This document shows positions 1-10,464 of a stretch of 64,000 nt of DNA, in pieces (the first letter of the stretch is position 1; the number at the start of each line of letters is the position of its first letter). Position numbers and translations under genes: made by a program. The notes beneath the pieces were generated by a model, which was given only the letters and a program-made list of their open reading frames with translations, made no database searches and had not been told where the DNA came from. The DNA is from Polyangiaceae bacterium (lineage in GTDB: Bacteria > Myxococcota_A > Polyangia > Polyangiales > Polyangiaceae), in contig JANRKO010000028.1 of assembly GCA_033763455.1 (NCBI GenBank), forward strand, positions 96,001 to 160,000. Direction: 5' to 3'.

Positions 1-2872
1 CAAATGCACTGGGCTTTAGATTCTCGGCGCTGGCGGAAAGGCTGACTTCCGGGGATAAGAGGGTGCCACGTGCCTCAAGGTTGCCCGATACAACGCCGCC
101 CCAGCCCGGTAGTTTCAGTAGGCCCGGAAGCTGCTCCAGATCGCGGCGTGGTACGCGCAGCCGTGCCTCCCACGGTAAGGTACGAAGATCGCGAAGCCAT
201 TCCTGTGTTTCCCCCGCAAGCGGTAGCGTTCCCGGCGCGAGGATCTCAAACGTAGCGAGGTCGCCTCGTGAATCGAAGAGGCGACCCAGGAGCTTCGGAT
301 GGTCCGTACCGTTGCCGCTCAGGTTCACATCAAGGTCAATGCCCTGAATGGCCCAAGGCTGCGCCTTGCGCGCTTCAGCCGCTGTCACGATCTTTTCGCC
401 GTTCACGCGTTTGCCGACAAGGCCGAGCTTCTCGGTGCGCACTCGCACACGAAGGGCCCGAGCCCCAGGCGTGTCAGCGACCGCGTCTAGGTCGAAAAGG
501 AGTGTCCCGTGCGCGGTATCGAACGGTAATGCATCGGGCCCTAGAATTTTCAACAAGCGCTCGAGGGACAAACGCCCCTCTGCCTGCAAACGCCCACGAA
601 GACTACGGATATCCCCACGCTCGATGAGCTGGGAGATTGGACCCACGTGTTCGAGGTTTGCGCTGAGGGTGCCGCTTTCGCCCAGATTGGCCTCAAGCGG
701 GCCGGAAAGAAGGCCGGATTCGAGCTCAATGCCGAGCCGGATGCTCCCATTTTGAACGCGATCGACGCTGATGTTTGAGATGGACCCGCGCAGGCTTCCC
801 GCAGGTCCGGTTCGCCCTGATTCATAGGTTGCAGAAAGATCCGCGCGCGCGGTTAAAAATCTGTGTTCACTGGTGAAAGTGTTCAAAAGTAAGGCAAGGT
901 CGAGCTGTTTGCTCTCAAGCTCTAGGCGTTCGAGGGAGTTCGAGAACACGCCCGAGAGCCTCAGCTCGCCTGCGCCCAAAAGCTCCGCCTTATCCACCGA
1001 GACGCGTCCCTGGCTGATTTTAATGCGTGCTGCTCGGCCCGTGAGCGCGAGGTTTTTATCCGCGTAGGCAACCCGAAGTTGTCGAAGCTCGGCACCGTCC
1101 GTGAGCGTAAGCAGGGTGTCTGCGTGAACGGTTCGACCGTCGACAGCGGCCACGTTGGCAAAAACTGAAAGCGCCTTGGGAGTGCCAACCACTTGAACGC
1201 GTGCGTGCGCGAGATGCTGACCAAGGGCCTCGATCTGATCGGCCTGCAGAAGCACTCGGAGATTGGGATTGACGAACGCTCCCTGCGCGTTTGCGCGCAG
1301 GGTGGCGCGTTCGATCGAGCGCGGTTGCTCCGGGGAGCCGCCCGTGAGCACCACGTGTGCGAGTTGAGCATTCGCTTCGAGGAGCAGCGTTTTCTGGTTA
1401 GTATTCACGCTGCCCGTTACGTCGACCGTGCCGTTAGCGGTTAGACCAGGTACCAAAAGGGCTAGCCTCGGAGGCCTTGCAAGCACGGAGCGCGCGCTCA
1501 AGGAAAGGGTGCCCTGTGGAGCCTGGAACGCAAATTGGACGCTCGTGGGAGCGCCCGGCTCGTCCAGACGCAGAGCTCCGTCAAGCTCAAGCGTTTGGGA
1601 GTTGAAGCCAAACTTTACTGAGCCGCGAGCCGTGGTGGGGGGGAGCAGAATTGTGCTGACTTCCGAGTCAAAAATGCCGATAGAGTAGTTAGCCTGGAAG
1701 TGTTCGTGGTTCGAGAGTAGTGAACTCTCAAGGTCAAAATTCAGGCGCGAGCTTGGTGCGTCCGGATCCACCGTGGCGGAGTCGACACTCCGACCCGCGA
1801 TTTCTAACTTTCCCTTGAGGGGCTCAAGGCTCTCAAGATGGCCAGCGACGCGAACGCTCGCGGCCCCAGAGAGGAGCACCGCGCGCACGTTGAGCAGTGG
1901 CAAGGTGCCTTCGGCTCGTAGCGTCAGCTCGGAGTCCTGAGCGAGCCTCATCCGGGGAGCCAGTCGCTGCAGGAGGGAATGGCCGATCGGAGCTATCTTT
2001 GCCGTCGCCACCAGCGATTCCCCCCTAAGCTCCGCGTTCAACTGCACAGGTGATCGATCTTTGTGTGAGGTGAGAGGCTCTGCCAAAAATCCATTAAACG
2101 TCAGCCTTCCGACGAGATCTTGATCGTTACGGGCAACTCTCCCCGTTTTGGTGGGCGTTGAGATGGCGAGCCGAAAAGCGAGTTGTCCCGTGGCGTTCTC
2201 TACCAGCGGCACTGCGCGCGCCGTGAGGTTGAGGTCGTCTATCCGTACCGCGGTGTGTTCCTCTGCTACGCTGAGCGAACCACGTAGGGCTCTTACATCC
2301 ACGTCAATTGCCGGCACGGATCCCACCTGGCCGTGGACCCACACATGGTCCAGGCGAATTTGCTCCAGTTCCACCCGCGTTGCGCGTGCGGGCTGAGATG
2401 CCAAAGGCGCCGGTGTTGGTGTGCGTGGGTTGAAGGCAGCTATGAAGGTCGGAAGTCCGTTGCCGTCGTCGATCAACCGAAGCTCCGCGTGAACCAATCT
2501 GATCTGCGGAATTCGAATCTGAAGTGGACCCGAGCCTGCGAGCCCCCAGAGCAGCAAGGGGAGATCGATCTCGACCCGAGCCTCGGCCCCATGGGCCACC
2601 CGCTGACCGCGAGCGTCGAATAAACGTAGATGAACGCCCTCAATACCCGAGAGCCCGACCCGCCGAAAGCTTTCAATCTCCAAGCGCCCCACGAAGCCCT
2701 CCTTGAGGAAGGAATTGATTTGTTGGGTCGCGTAGGCGCGGCCACTCGGTAAATGCAGGGCAATCAGTACACCGACGAGTGTTGTCAGAACTAACAGCAG
2801 AACCATCGCAAGCCCACGACCCGTCCAGACAGCGATGCGGAATGCGGGGTTGCGACGAACCGAGGTCGACAT
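1..2872 (-). CDS. TamB/AsmA-like translocation and assembly module protein, N-terminal part (runs off window start)
   Basis: Not in the ORF track, consistent with no stop in the window. ATG at 2872 overlaps the TGA of the Omp85 gene (TGATG). Translation MSTSVRRNPAFRIAVWTGRGLAMVLLLVLTTLVGVLIALHLPSGRAY... gives an N-terminal TM anchor followed by long beta-rich sequence. Frame also reads open at the window edge (..LSPEVSLSASAENLKPSAF). Position downstream of TamA/BamA is typical. Confidence 0.75.
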   Translation of the reverse strand, partial: MSTSVRRNPAFRIAVWTGRGLAMVLLLVLTTLVGVLIALHLPSGRAYATQQINSFLKEGFVGRLEIESFRRVGLSGIEGVHLRLFDARGQRVAHGAEARVEIDLPLLLWGLAGSGPLQIRIPQIRLVHAELRLIDDGNGLPTFIAAFNPRTPTPAPLASQPARATRVELEQIRLDHVWVHGQVGSVPAIDVDVRALRGSLSVAEEHTAVRIDDLNLTARAVPLVENATGQLAFRLAISTPTKTGRVARNDQDLVGRLTFNGFLAEPLTSHKDRSPVQLNAELRGESLVATAKIAPIGHSLLQRLAPRMRLAQDSELTLRAEGTLPLLNVRAVLLSGAASVRVAGHLESLEPLKGKLEIAGRSVDSATVDPDAPSSRLNFDLESSLLSNHEHFQANYSIGIFDSEVSTILLPPTTARGSVKFGFNSQTLELDGALRLDEPGAPTSVQFAFQAPQGTLSLSARSVLARPPRLALLVPGLTANGTVDVTGSVNTNQKTLLLEANAQLAHVVLTGGSPEQPRSIERATLRANAQGAFVNPNLRVLLQADQIEALGQHLAHARVQVVGTPKALSVFANVAAVDGRTVHADTLLTLTDGAELRQLRVAYADKNLALTGRAARIKISQGRVSVDKAELLGAGELRLSGVFSNSLERLELESKQLDLALLLNTFTSEHRFLTARADLSATYESGRTGPAGSLRGSISNISVDRVQNGSIRLGIELESGLLSGPLEANLGESGTLSANLEHVGPISQLIERGDIRSLRGRLQAEGRLSLERLLKILGPDALPFDTAHGTLLFDLDAVADTPGARALRVRVRTEKLGLVGKRVNGEKIVTAAEARKAQPWAIQGIDLDVNLSGNGTDHPKLLGRLFDSRGDLATFEILAPGTLPLAGETQEWLRDLRTLPWEARLRVPRRDLEQLPGLLKLPGWGGVVSGNLEARGTLLSPEVSLSASAENLKPSAF

Positions 2873-4959
2873 CAAAACGCCTCGCCGATCCCGAAAGCCA
2901 CTGCCATCGGTGCTCCGAAAAGTTCGTTTGAACGGCCTTCGTCTTGCAGCACGGGCCCCTGCGCCCCTGGCACGCGATAGCCGACGTCCAGCCGCACCGG
3001 ACCTATCGGCGTTTCATAGCGGAGCCCGATGCCGACGCTGAAGTGCGGACGCCACCGCAGAGTAAAACGGCGCGCAGCAACATCACCAAGATCCGAGAAC
3101 AGAGCGCCCCCGAGCGGCCCCGCTAGCGGAAACCTAAGCTCCAGCGAGGCTTCCCATAGGGAAAGGCCTCCGAGCGGCACCTCACAGCCTCCGGGAGAAT
3201 TGTCACAAGCAGAAGAGATCTGCTGTGTAGATTGGCCCGGGTTGTAGAAAGGAACGACACCCCGAGGCCCGATCTCACCTTCCGCGTAACCGCGGTTGGA
3301 GGCAGGCCCACCGCCGAAGAAGCCACGCAGATAGCTTAACTGCACATCCCTTACCCATTGTTTCCGGCTGACACCGAGCGGCGTAAGCGTCACATTATCG
3401 CGCTCACCCTGAGCGTTCGCTTCTGTGGTTTGCCCGTAATTGTTGTTAAAAATGAAGCCGAACTCTGCGCGCCCAGCCAACGTAACTTTCCGACTGATAG
3501 GAAGATAACCGCGTGCTTCGGGCCGCACTTTGATGTCGCGAGCGTTGCCAAAGGTGAGGCCAGCGAGCTGCAAGTTGTTAGCGAAAAATCCCCCCTTTCG
3601 AGGATGGATGGCGTTGTCGCGGAGATCGAGAGATGTAAAGAGCTCCGGGTACCCGATCAGCACCGGATCAAGATCCGCATCGAGCATCCCCCTATAAGTG
3701 AAGGGGGTGACCCGTTGGACGGAATGCGTAAGGGCGCCATACGCGCGCCATAGGGTGCGTTCTACACCTCCACGGGCCCGCGTATCACGATACCCAAGCA
3801 GCGGTGCAGAAGGAGTGAGCTTGGTCGAGAGCAACACAGGGTAAATGCTTACGTCACCACCCACGATCAAATTCGTGCGCGCTTCGATCAGGCCGGGCTG
3901 CGAAAAGTCAACACGTAGGCGACCCTGGGGTAGCACATCGGTCGGAGCCTGTAGCCCGGGAAGGCGAGTCGGGTACAGGATAACTCCTGGGCGCAGGGTG
4001 ATCGAAAGGTGCCTGAGGCCGCCTAGAAAGTTGCTGTCTTCCCAGCCGCCGATGAGATGAGCACCCGTTTTTAGAGAATCGGCTTGCACACCAAAACCAA
4101 GGTGCACGTTTCGAAGCTTGCTCACCTGCACCACAACGTTGAGAGGAACAACACGCGGATCGGCCCGAGCTTCAGGATCTGCTTCGATGCGCACGGCACT
4201 GAAGATCCCAAGATCTAAAAGCGCTCTTTCCGCTTCGTTCAATTCGGCGCGTGAGTAAGGATCTCCCTCCTTCAGGTCCAACGCGCGGCGGATAGGCGCC
4301 TCGGGAATATTTGAAAGACCCAAGATCTTAATCTTTCCGTAGTGTGCCAGGACCCCCGGCTTGATCCAGAAACCAACGGCCACGGTGCTCTTCGGTAAAT
4401 CCACCTGGGCGGCCCTCTTCACTTTGGCGTGTGCGTAACCTTTGCTGGCTAACAGTGAAGCGAGGTTGGTTGCGGTATCTTCGAAAACAGACTCCTCAAA
4501 GCGTTTGCCGGACACCAAGGGCGACAACGCTTTCTTCGCTTCTTCCGCGAGCTCTTTTGGGAGCCGCTCGGTGCCGTGGATGTCTACGCGTGACACCGTG
4601 GTGGCCGGCCCTTCATCAATCAGGATCTCGACGCGCACCTTGCGCACACCGTTTATAAACACCCGGCCAGCGCGCGCACGTGCCTGGTAAAACCCACGCG
4701 CGCGGTAGTAGCGCTCAATGCGCTGTAGGTCCCGTTCGAGCACGTAACGATCGAAGAGCTCGTAATCGTAGAGCACACCGTCGAAAAGCCAGAGAAATTT
4801 GGGAGATTCGCGCGTTGCGAGACGCTTTTCGATTTCGTCGGAGGCAACGGCGTTGTTACCTTTGAAGTCGAGTGCATCCACGATTCTTCGATTCTGCGGC
4901 AGAGGCGAGCAGCGGATGAGCGCGAAGAGGATGAAGGCCAGTAGGCCTAGCTTGTACAT
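2872..4959 (-). CDS. Omp85-family outer-membrane protein (TamA/BamA-like, POTRA domains + beta-barrel)
   Basis: POTRA motifs (FKGNNAV, DLQRIERYYRARGFYQA, LLDLGIFSAVRI), barrel motifs (FFGGG..SNRGY, GIGLRYETPIGPVRLDVG), C-terminal IGEAF. Likely start MYKLGLLAFILFALIRC at 4959 rather than 5232. Confidence 0.9.
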   Translation of the reverse strand: MYKLGLLAFILFALIRCSPLPQNRRIVDALDFKGNNAVASDEIEKRLATRESPKFLWLFDGVLYDYELFDRYVLERDLQRIERYYRARGFYQARARAGRVFINGVRKVRVEILIDEGPATTVSRVDIHGTERLPKELAEEAKKALSPLVSGKRFEESVFEDTATNLASLLASKGYAHAKVKRAAQVDLPKSTVAVGFWIKPGVLAHYGKIKILGLSNIPEAPIRRALDLKEGDPYSRAELNEAERALLDLGIFSAVRIEADPEARADPRVVPLNVVVQVSKLRNVHLGFGVQADSLKTGAHLIGGWEDSNFLGGLRHLSITLRPGVILYPTRLPGLQAPTDVLPQGRLRVDFSQPGLIEARTNLIVGGDVSIYPVLLSTKLTPSAPLLGYRDTRARGGVERTLWRAYGALTHSVQRVTPFTYRGMLDADLDPVLIGYPELFTSLDLRDNAIHPRKGGFFANNLQLAGLTFGNARDIKVRPEARGYLPISRKVTLAGRAEFGFIFNNNYGQTTEANAQGERDNVTLTPLGVSRKQWVRDVQLSYLRGFFGGGPASNRGYAEGEIGPRGVVPFYNPGQSTQQISSACDNSPGGCEVPLGGLSLWEASLELRFPLAGPLGGALFSDLGDVAARRFTLRWRPHFSVGIGLRYETPIGPVRLDVGYRVPGAQGPVLQDEGRSNELFGAPMAVAFGIGEAF

Positions 4960-5103
4960 GCGGCCTCGGCACCTTGAGTTGCGCGGCAGGATGTCTCGGG
5001 GCCGAAGGTGTGGCGAAATCACATCCGGCCTTCCTTTTTGCCACACCGCTGCCAACGTCTGCGAACCTCTTCGAACGTCCAGCCTTTGCAAACGGCACGC
5101 CAC

Positions 5104-5119
5104 TGGTGCGTTTTGTGCT
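5104..5119 (+). promoter_or_regulatory. sigma54-type -24/-12 element
   Basis: TGGTGC-GTTTT-GTGCT, GG-N10-GC; ATG 5134 is 16 nt after the -12 C. Confidence 0.45.
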
Positions 5120-5133
5120 TCCCTCACCCGAAG

Positions 5134-5574
5134 ATGCCCAAGACAAATTCCTCCACGCACTGGTCCGCGAGATTCGTGGTGGTGAGTGTGCTGATCTCGG
5201 GCTGCAGCTCCGCGCTTGAAGAACCGCCCCACGTGGCGGCACCCATGAGTGCTTACGTCGAAGTTCCCTATCCGCCACCTGCAGGCTTTACTGAGCTCGT
5301 TCCTGCAAAGCCCGCGGCAAATGCGCTCTGGATCGATGGCGGTTGGGTTTGGTTAGGCCAAAAGTACGCGTGGGAAAGAGGGGGCTGGCTTGTCCCTCGT
5401 GCGGGTGCGACTTTCGCGCCGTGGTCTGTGCGTTATGAAGCAGATGGCCGGCTGAAGTTCGCTCCGAGTGGATGGTTCACGCGTGATGGACGCCCATTGC
5501 TTGCGCCTTCGTTCCTCGTTTCTGCGACCATCCCCACCAACGAAGTTACCTCTGAAACGCAGAGCCCGCGTTGA
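5134..5574 (+). CDS. YXWGXW-repeat lipoprotein
   Basis: Lipobox-like LISGC, Pro-rich segment, WIDGGWVWLGQKYAWERGGW repeat motif. Confidence 0.75.
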   Translation: MPKTNSSTHWSARFVVVSVLISGCSSALEEPPHVAAPMSAYVEVPYPPPAGFTELVPAKPAANALWIDGGWVWLGQKYAWERGGWLVPRAGATFAPWSVRYEADGRLKFAPSGWFTRDGRPLLAPSFLVSATIPTNEVTSETQSPR

Positions 5575-5732
5575 TGAGCTGGGTGGGCAAGGCTCAGCTT
5601 CGAGCCGTGGCAAAATTCCACAGCTGTGGCCGTGGTGCTAGCGCGTGCGGTTGCCTTCTACGACCGTGGTGCGTCCCGGTGCTCTTCAGCTCAACACAGG
5701 ATCTATCGGCACGGCTGAGGCGACGAACAGCT

Positions 5733-5748
5733 TGGCACATGCATTGCG
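5733..5748 (+). promoter_or_regulatory. sigma54-type promoter for peptidase-katE
   Basis: TGGCAC-ATGCA-TTGCG, consensus match. Confidence 0.8.
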
Positions 5749-5768
5749 TACATGGCGGCGGGTCCAAC

Positions 5769-6872
5769 ATGAAGCGTTTCGTTTGCGAGTGCTCAGCTCC
5801 CATCTTTTTCGATAACACCCAGTGTTTAAGCTGCGGCAGAACGTTGGGGTATGTGCCGGAGACGTTTGAATTAAAGCCTCTTGATTTTGACGGGAGCGTG
5901 CGGGTTCGCGGCACCCGTTTTGTGAAGTGTCGAAACTACTCCCAGCAAGGAGTGTGCAATTGGTTGGTCTCCGAGTCTGCTTCGGATGACCTGTGTTCAG
6001 CTTGCGAGCTCAATCGTGTGATTCCAGATTTGGCGCAAGCGGAGAATCGAGCGCTTTGGCTCGAGGTAGAACAGGCCAAGCGTCGCCTGATTTATGGCCT
6101 GAATCGCCTGGGGTTAGCCGTCACCTCAAAAGCAAAAGATCCCCAAGCTGGCTTATTCTTCGACATTAGAGCCGACGCAGGCAGCGAGCGTGTCCTTACC
6201 GGTCATAATGACGGCCTCATCACTCTGAACTTAGAAGAGGCAGACGCGGCCGAACGAGAGAGGATCCGCGTCAGTATGAAAGAGCGTTACCGTACGCTTC
6301 TTGGGCATTTTCGCCATGAAATCGGTCACTACTATTTTGGGCTCTGGGCGGGCAAGCGCCTGCCAAACGAGCAGTTTCGAGCGCTGTTTGGGGACGAATC
6401 CGCCAACTATCAGGAGGCGCTGCGCCGGCACTATGATCGCACCGACAGCACACAATTCTCAGATTCGTTCATCAGCTTCTACGCAAGCGCACATCCCTGG
6501 GAAGATTTTGCTGAGACGTTTGCGCACTACCTGCACATGGTGGACACGCTGGAAACGGCAGCCGCGTTCGGCTTCGTTACAGACGTCGGGCAGAGCCTCG
6601 CCCCACAACCGCGACATTCTCCGCAAAAAGGCGAGATCCGCTTCAAACGCCTGATGGGAGAATGGGTAAATCTCACGGTTGCCCTGAATTCTCTCAACCG
6701 CAGCATGGGCCTTCCCGACGCATATCCTTTTTCAATCTCGCCGAAAGTTGTCGGCAAGCTCGCTTTTGTCGACGCCTTGATTCACGACGCCCCAATGCCC
6801 CAAGAAAGCCCAGAAAATGCCCAAAAAATCTCCAAAGTCGCTCACTTCGCGAAAGCGACCGTCGCTCACTGA
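5769..6872 (+). CDS. Putative zinc-binding metallopeptidase with N-terminal zinc ribbon (DUF2248-like)
   Basis: [19 protein letters not shown] zinc ribbon; [15 protein letters not shown] (HExxH); [19 protein letters not shown]. Confidence 0.85.
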   Translation: MKRFVCECSAPIFFDNTQCLSCGRTLGYVPETFELKPLDFDGSVRVRGTRFVKCRNYSQQGVCNWLVSESASDDLCSACELNRVIPDLAQAENRALWLEVEQAKRRLIYGLNRLGLAVTSKAKDPQAGLFFDIRADAGSERVLTGHNDGLITLNLEEADAAERERIRVSMKERYRTLLGHFRHEIGHYYFGLWAGKRLPNEQFRALFGDESANYQEALRRHYDRTDSTQFSDSFISFYASAHPWEDFAETFAHYLHMVDTLETAAAFGFVTDVGQSLAPQPRHSPQKGEIRFKRLMGEWVNLTVALNSLNRSMGLPDAYPFSISPKVVGKLAFVDALIHDAPMPQESPENAQKISKVAHFAKATVAH

Positions 6873-8937
6873 CTCCGCCGCTTCACACATCGGTGAGGGA
6901 GGCGAGTTGCATCAGGTTTCTGATGAATTGCTCTTGACCACCAATCAAGGAATCCCAATCAGCGATGATCAGAATTCGCTGCGCGTGGGAGCACGCGGCC
7001 CGATCTTGCTGGAGGACTTCGTACTTCGCGAAAAGATTACGCACTTCGATCACGAACGTATTCCGGAGAGAATCGTGCACGCGCGTGGCTCCGGTGCGCA
7101 CGGGTACTTCGAAACCCTCACTTCCATGGCGCAGTATTCGAGCGCGGATTTTCTGCAGAGTGTCGGTACAAAAACGCCGGTCTTTGCGAGGTTTTCCACG
7201 GTTGCAGGGGGAGCCGGTTCGGTGGATCTGCCGCGTGATGTGCGCGGCTTCGCCGTGAAGTTCTATACGCGTGAGGGGAACTTTGATCTGGTTGGCAATA
7301 ACATTCCCGTTTTCTTCATCCAGGATGCCATGAAGTTCCCTGATCTTGTGCACTCGGTGAAAATGGAGCCAGATCGCGGGTTTCCGCAGGCTGCTTCCGC
7401 GCACGATACCTTTTGGGATTTCGTTTCTCTCACCCCGGAGAGCACCCACATGCTGATGTGGGCCATGTCAGACCGAACCTTGCCACGCTCCCTGCGCATG
7501 ATGGAGGGGTTCGGTGTGCACACCTTCCGATTGGTGAACAAGCTTGGAGAGTCCACGTTCGTTAAGTTTCATTGGCGCCCCAAGCTCGGAATGCAATCGG
7601 TGCTGTGGGATGAGGCGGTCAAGATCAACGGTGCCGACAACGACTACCACCGGCGCGATCTTTGGGATGCCATCGAATCAGGCAACTTTCCGGAGTGGGA
7701 GCTCTCCTTTCAGCTCTTTACCGAAGAGGAAGCCCTGAGCTTCGATTTCGACGTGCTGGACCCCACCAAGCTGATTCCGGAGGAGCTGGTACCTCGCACG
7801 CTTGTTGGCCGGCTCGTGCTCGACCGGAACCCAAGGAATTTCTTTGCGGAGACCGAACAGGTGGCGTTTTGCCCTGCCAATATCGTCCCCGGCATCGAAT
7901 TCAGCAACGATCCACTGCTCCAAGGGCGCCTCTTTTCGTACCTAGACACGCAGCTTCTACGGCTTGGCGGACCCAACTTTCACCAGCTTCCCATTAACGC
8001 CGCAAAATGCCCGATGCAGAATTTTCAGCGCGATGGGCACATGCAGATGCAGATCCCCGAAGGTCGCGTGAATTACGAGCCCAATTCATTAGCCCCAGAC
8101 GGTGCTCGAGAGGATCCGCGCGCCGGTTTTAGGACGTTCCCGAGAACCGAAAAAGGCGGAACCTTGCGCATGCGTCCCGAGGCCTTCGCCGACCATTACT
8201 CGCAGGCTCGGCTTTTTTGGAAGAGCCAGACGGAGGCGGAGCAAGGGCACATCGTGGCGGCCTATGTATTTGAGCTTAGCAAGGTGGAAACTCAAGCGAT
8301 TAGGGAACGCGTCATCGGGCACTTGGTGCACGTGGACACAGGGCTGGCAAAGCGAGTGTGTACAGGGTTGGGGATTTCAGAGCTTCCCCCTGCTGCAGAA
8401 GCTGTCTCCGCTCCGCAAGATTTGCCTCCGTCTGCTGCGCTCAGCATCATCAACAATGCAAAGGTGACGCTCACCGGTCGTGCCGTGGGCTGCCTTGTGA
8501 CGGACGGGGTTGACGCCCGTCTGCTGCAAACGCTGATCGATGTGGTGGAAGCTGAAGGCGCCGAAGTGAGGCTGATTGCAACCAAGATCGGTGGCGTTGT
8601 TCAAAGCAACGGTCAGCGTTTGTTGGCGGACGTTGCGCTAGCTGGGGGCCCCTCGGTCCTCTTTGATGCTGTAGCGATCCTGGTGAGTGAGGCGGGTGCG
8701 AGGGAGCTCTTGGAGGAGTCGGCGGCGGTTGCCTTTGTGTCGGACGCTTACCAGCATCTCAAAGTAATTGGACATAGTGCTGAGGCGGCTCCCTTATTGG
8801 TTGCTGCACGAGTTCCGCCCTCGGGTGACGCTGGCGTTGTGGCTCTAAACGAAGAACGGGATGTAGAGGCCTGGGCCACCTCCGCGAAAGCGGGCCGCAT
8901 TTGGAAACGCGAACCTCTAGTGAAAATTGTCCTCTGA
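6817..8937 (+). CDS. katE: Large-subunit catalase HPII
   Basis: [37 protein letters not shown] heme-ligand motif, C-terminal DJ-1-like domain. Confidence 0.97.
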   Translation: MPKKSPKSLTSRKRPSLTDSAASHIGEGGELHQVSDELLLTTNQGIPISDDQNSLRVGARGPILLEDFVLREKITHFDHERIPERIVHARGSGAHGYFETLTSMAQYSSADFLQSVGTKTPVFARFSTVAGGAGSVDLPRDVRGFAVKFYTREGNFDLVGNNIPVFFIQDAMKFPDLVHSVKMEPDRGFPQAASAHDTFWDFVSLTPESTHMLMWAMSDRTLPRSLRMMEGFGVHTFRLVNKLGESTFVKFHWRPKLGMQSVLWDEAVKINGADNDYHRRDLWDAIESGNFPEWELSFQLFTEEEALSFDFDVLDPTKLIPEELVPRTLVGRLVLDRNPRNFFAETEQVAFCPANIVPGIEFSNDPLLQGRLFSYLDTQLLRLGGPNFHQLPINAAKCPMQNFQRDGHMQMQIPEGRVNYEPNSLAPDGAREDPRAGFRTFPRTEKGGTLRMRPEAFADHYSQARLFWKSQTEAEQGHIVAAYVFELSKVETQAIRERVIGHLVHVDTGLAKRVCTGLGISELPPAAEAVSAPQDLPPSAALSIINNAKVTLTGRAVGCLVTDGVDARLLQTLIDVVEAEGAEVRLIATKIGGVVQSNGQRLLADVALAGGPSVLFDAVAILVSEAGARELLEESAAVAFVSDAYQHLKVIGHSAEAAPLLVAARVPPSGDAGVVALNEERDVEAWATSAKAGRIWKREPLVKIVL

Positions 8938-8958
8938 GTGGCTCCTAAGCAAGGGACG

Positions 8959-8974
8959 CGGCACAAGGGTTGCA
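8959..8974 (+). promoter_or_regulatory. sigma54-type promoter for CsbD gene
   Basis: CGGCAC-AAGGG-TTGCA. Confidence 0.8.
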
Positions 8975-9040
8975 AGTCCAGATCCTCGACAGCTTGGCTG
9001 TCTCAACGTCCGACAATTCTGACAAAGGAGATCATGACCT

Positions 9041-9340
9041 ATGAACAATGCAAGCCGAAGGAGTGAAGGTGTGGCCGAAAAACTGGGCGGAAAAGTCAAA
9101 GGAGCCGTGGGAAAGCTGATAGGTAACGAACGGATGGAAGCCGAGGGAAAAGTGAAAGAACTCAAGGGAAAGGCGAGGGAGGAGGCTGCAAAAGCCTCTG
9201 AGCGCACCAAGGGCAAAGTTGAGCAAATCTCGGGTGCCGTAAAGAACCGCGTTGGCGCGGTGATCGACAACGAGCAAATGCAGGCCGAAGGCAAGGCCAG
9301 GGAGTTGAAGGGGCAGGCGCGGCAGAAGATTAACCGCTAG
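9041..9340 (+). CDS. CsbD-family general stress protein (two repeats)
   Basis: GKVKGAVGKLIGNERMEAEGK motif occurs twice; AAGGAG RBS. Confidence 0.9.
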   Translation: MNNASRRSEGVAEKLGGKVKGAVGKLIGNERMEAEGKVKELKGKAREEAAKASERTKGKVEQISGAVKNRVGAVIDNEQMQAEGKARELKGQARQKINR

Positions 9341-9496
9341 GCTCCTTGGATCCGCTCCAGCATGAGTGCTGAACCCGTGGCGGCGGTGGAGTTATTGGGC
9401 TGCACCGCCGGCCACCGCCCAGGCAAGACAATTTGCCTAAGACCTGACCTTCCCAGGTTGTAGCGGGGGTTGGCCGAGTACCTGAGGACGTAGAAC

Positions 9497-10396
9497 ATGA
9501 GAGTCCTTTCATTGGTTCCAGGCTCGTGGGCATTTATTAAGCAGGTTGGCGAAGCCTGGCTCAACCACAATGCTTCGCGCATGGCCGCCGCGTTGGCGTA
9601 CTACACGCTGCTTTCGGTTGCTCCGTTGCTCGTGATTCTTGTATCCATCGCCGGGCTCGCCTTTGGGGCTGAGGCCGCTCGAGGTGGCGTCGCTCGCGAG
9701 ATTTCTTCGTTGGTCGGCCGCGAGGCTGCGGCAGGCATACAGGTTATCCTCGCCAATGCCGAGGCACCCGCTTCGGGGATCCTGAGCTCAGTCCTTGGCC
9801 TGGGCGTGCTGCTACTCGGGGCGTCCGGCGTGTTCGGTGAACTCCAAGCTGCACTCAACACAGTGTGGGAGGTGCCTGCGCAGAATTCCTCGGGCCTGAT
9901 GCAGATGATCAAGGATCGATTCCTTTCATTTGCGATGGTTCTAGGCGTTGCCTTCTTGCTCCTGGTATCGCTCGTGATTTCCACGGCAATTGGCGCGGTG
10001 GGGCACTTCCTGGAGAGCGCCTTGCCCGGCGGCGAGAGCATTTGGCAGGTCCTCAATTTCCTTCTCTCGCTGGGCGTCATCACTTGCCTGTTCGCGCTCA
10101 TCTTCAAGGTGTTGCCGGATGTTCGTGTGGCGTGGCGTGAGGTGTGGGTGGGTGCTCTGGTTACCGCTTTTCTGTTTAGTGTCGGCAAGTTCTTGATTGG
10201 GTTGTATCTTGGAAAATCAATGGTTTCGTCGCCGTACGGCGCCGCAGGTTCCACGGTGGTGTTCGTGGTGTGGGTCTACTATTCCGCGCAGATCATGTTG
10301 TTGGGCGCGGAATTCACACAGGTCTACGCGCGGCGCTTGGCGCTCGATCTTCCCGTGCAAGCTGAAAAGCTCGGCCGCGAGGCCAGCGAAGGGTGA
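9497..10396 (+). CDS. YihY/BrkB-family inner-membrane protein
   Basis: MAAALAYYTLLS..P, ALNTVW, YGAAGS..VWVYYSAQIMLLGAEF. Confidence 0.92.
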   Translation: MRVLSLVPGSWAFIKQVGEAWLNHNASRMAAALAYYTLLSVAPLLVILVSIAGLAFGAEAARGGVAREISSLVGREAAAGIQVILANAEAPASGILSSVLGLGVLLLGASGVFGELQAALNTVWEVPAQNSSGLMQMIKDRFLSFAMVLGVAFLLLVSLVISTAIGAVGHFLESALPGGESIWQVLNFLLSLGVITCLFALIFKVLPDVRVAWREVWVGALVTAFLFSVGKFLIGLYLGKSMVSSPYGAAGSTVVFVVWVYYSAQIMLLGAEFTQVYARRLALDLPVQAEKLGREASEG

Positions 10397-10464
10397 GGCT
10401 GCAGCGTGGCGAAGTGCCTCACTGTGCGATCAGAATAAGCCCATTGCAAAACAATTGAGCAGCA

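Noticed and set aside
63..2763. Many short ORFs in the track over the first 2.8 kb
   Set aside because: Shadow ORFs of the long minus-strand TamB-like frame; the same applies to most short antisense ORFs in the window.
9471..9486. sigma54-like element before YihY (TGGCCG-AGTAC-CTGAG)
   Set aside because: GA instead of GC at -12; not counted.
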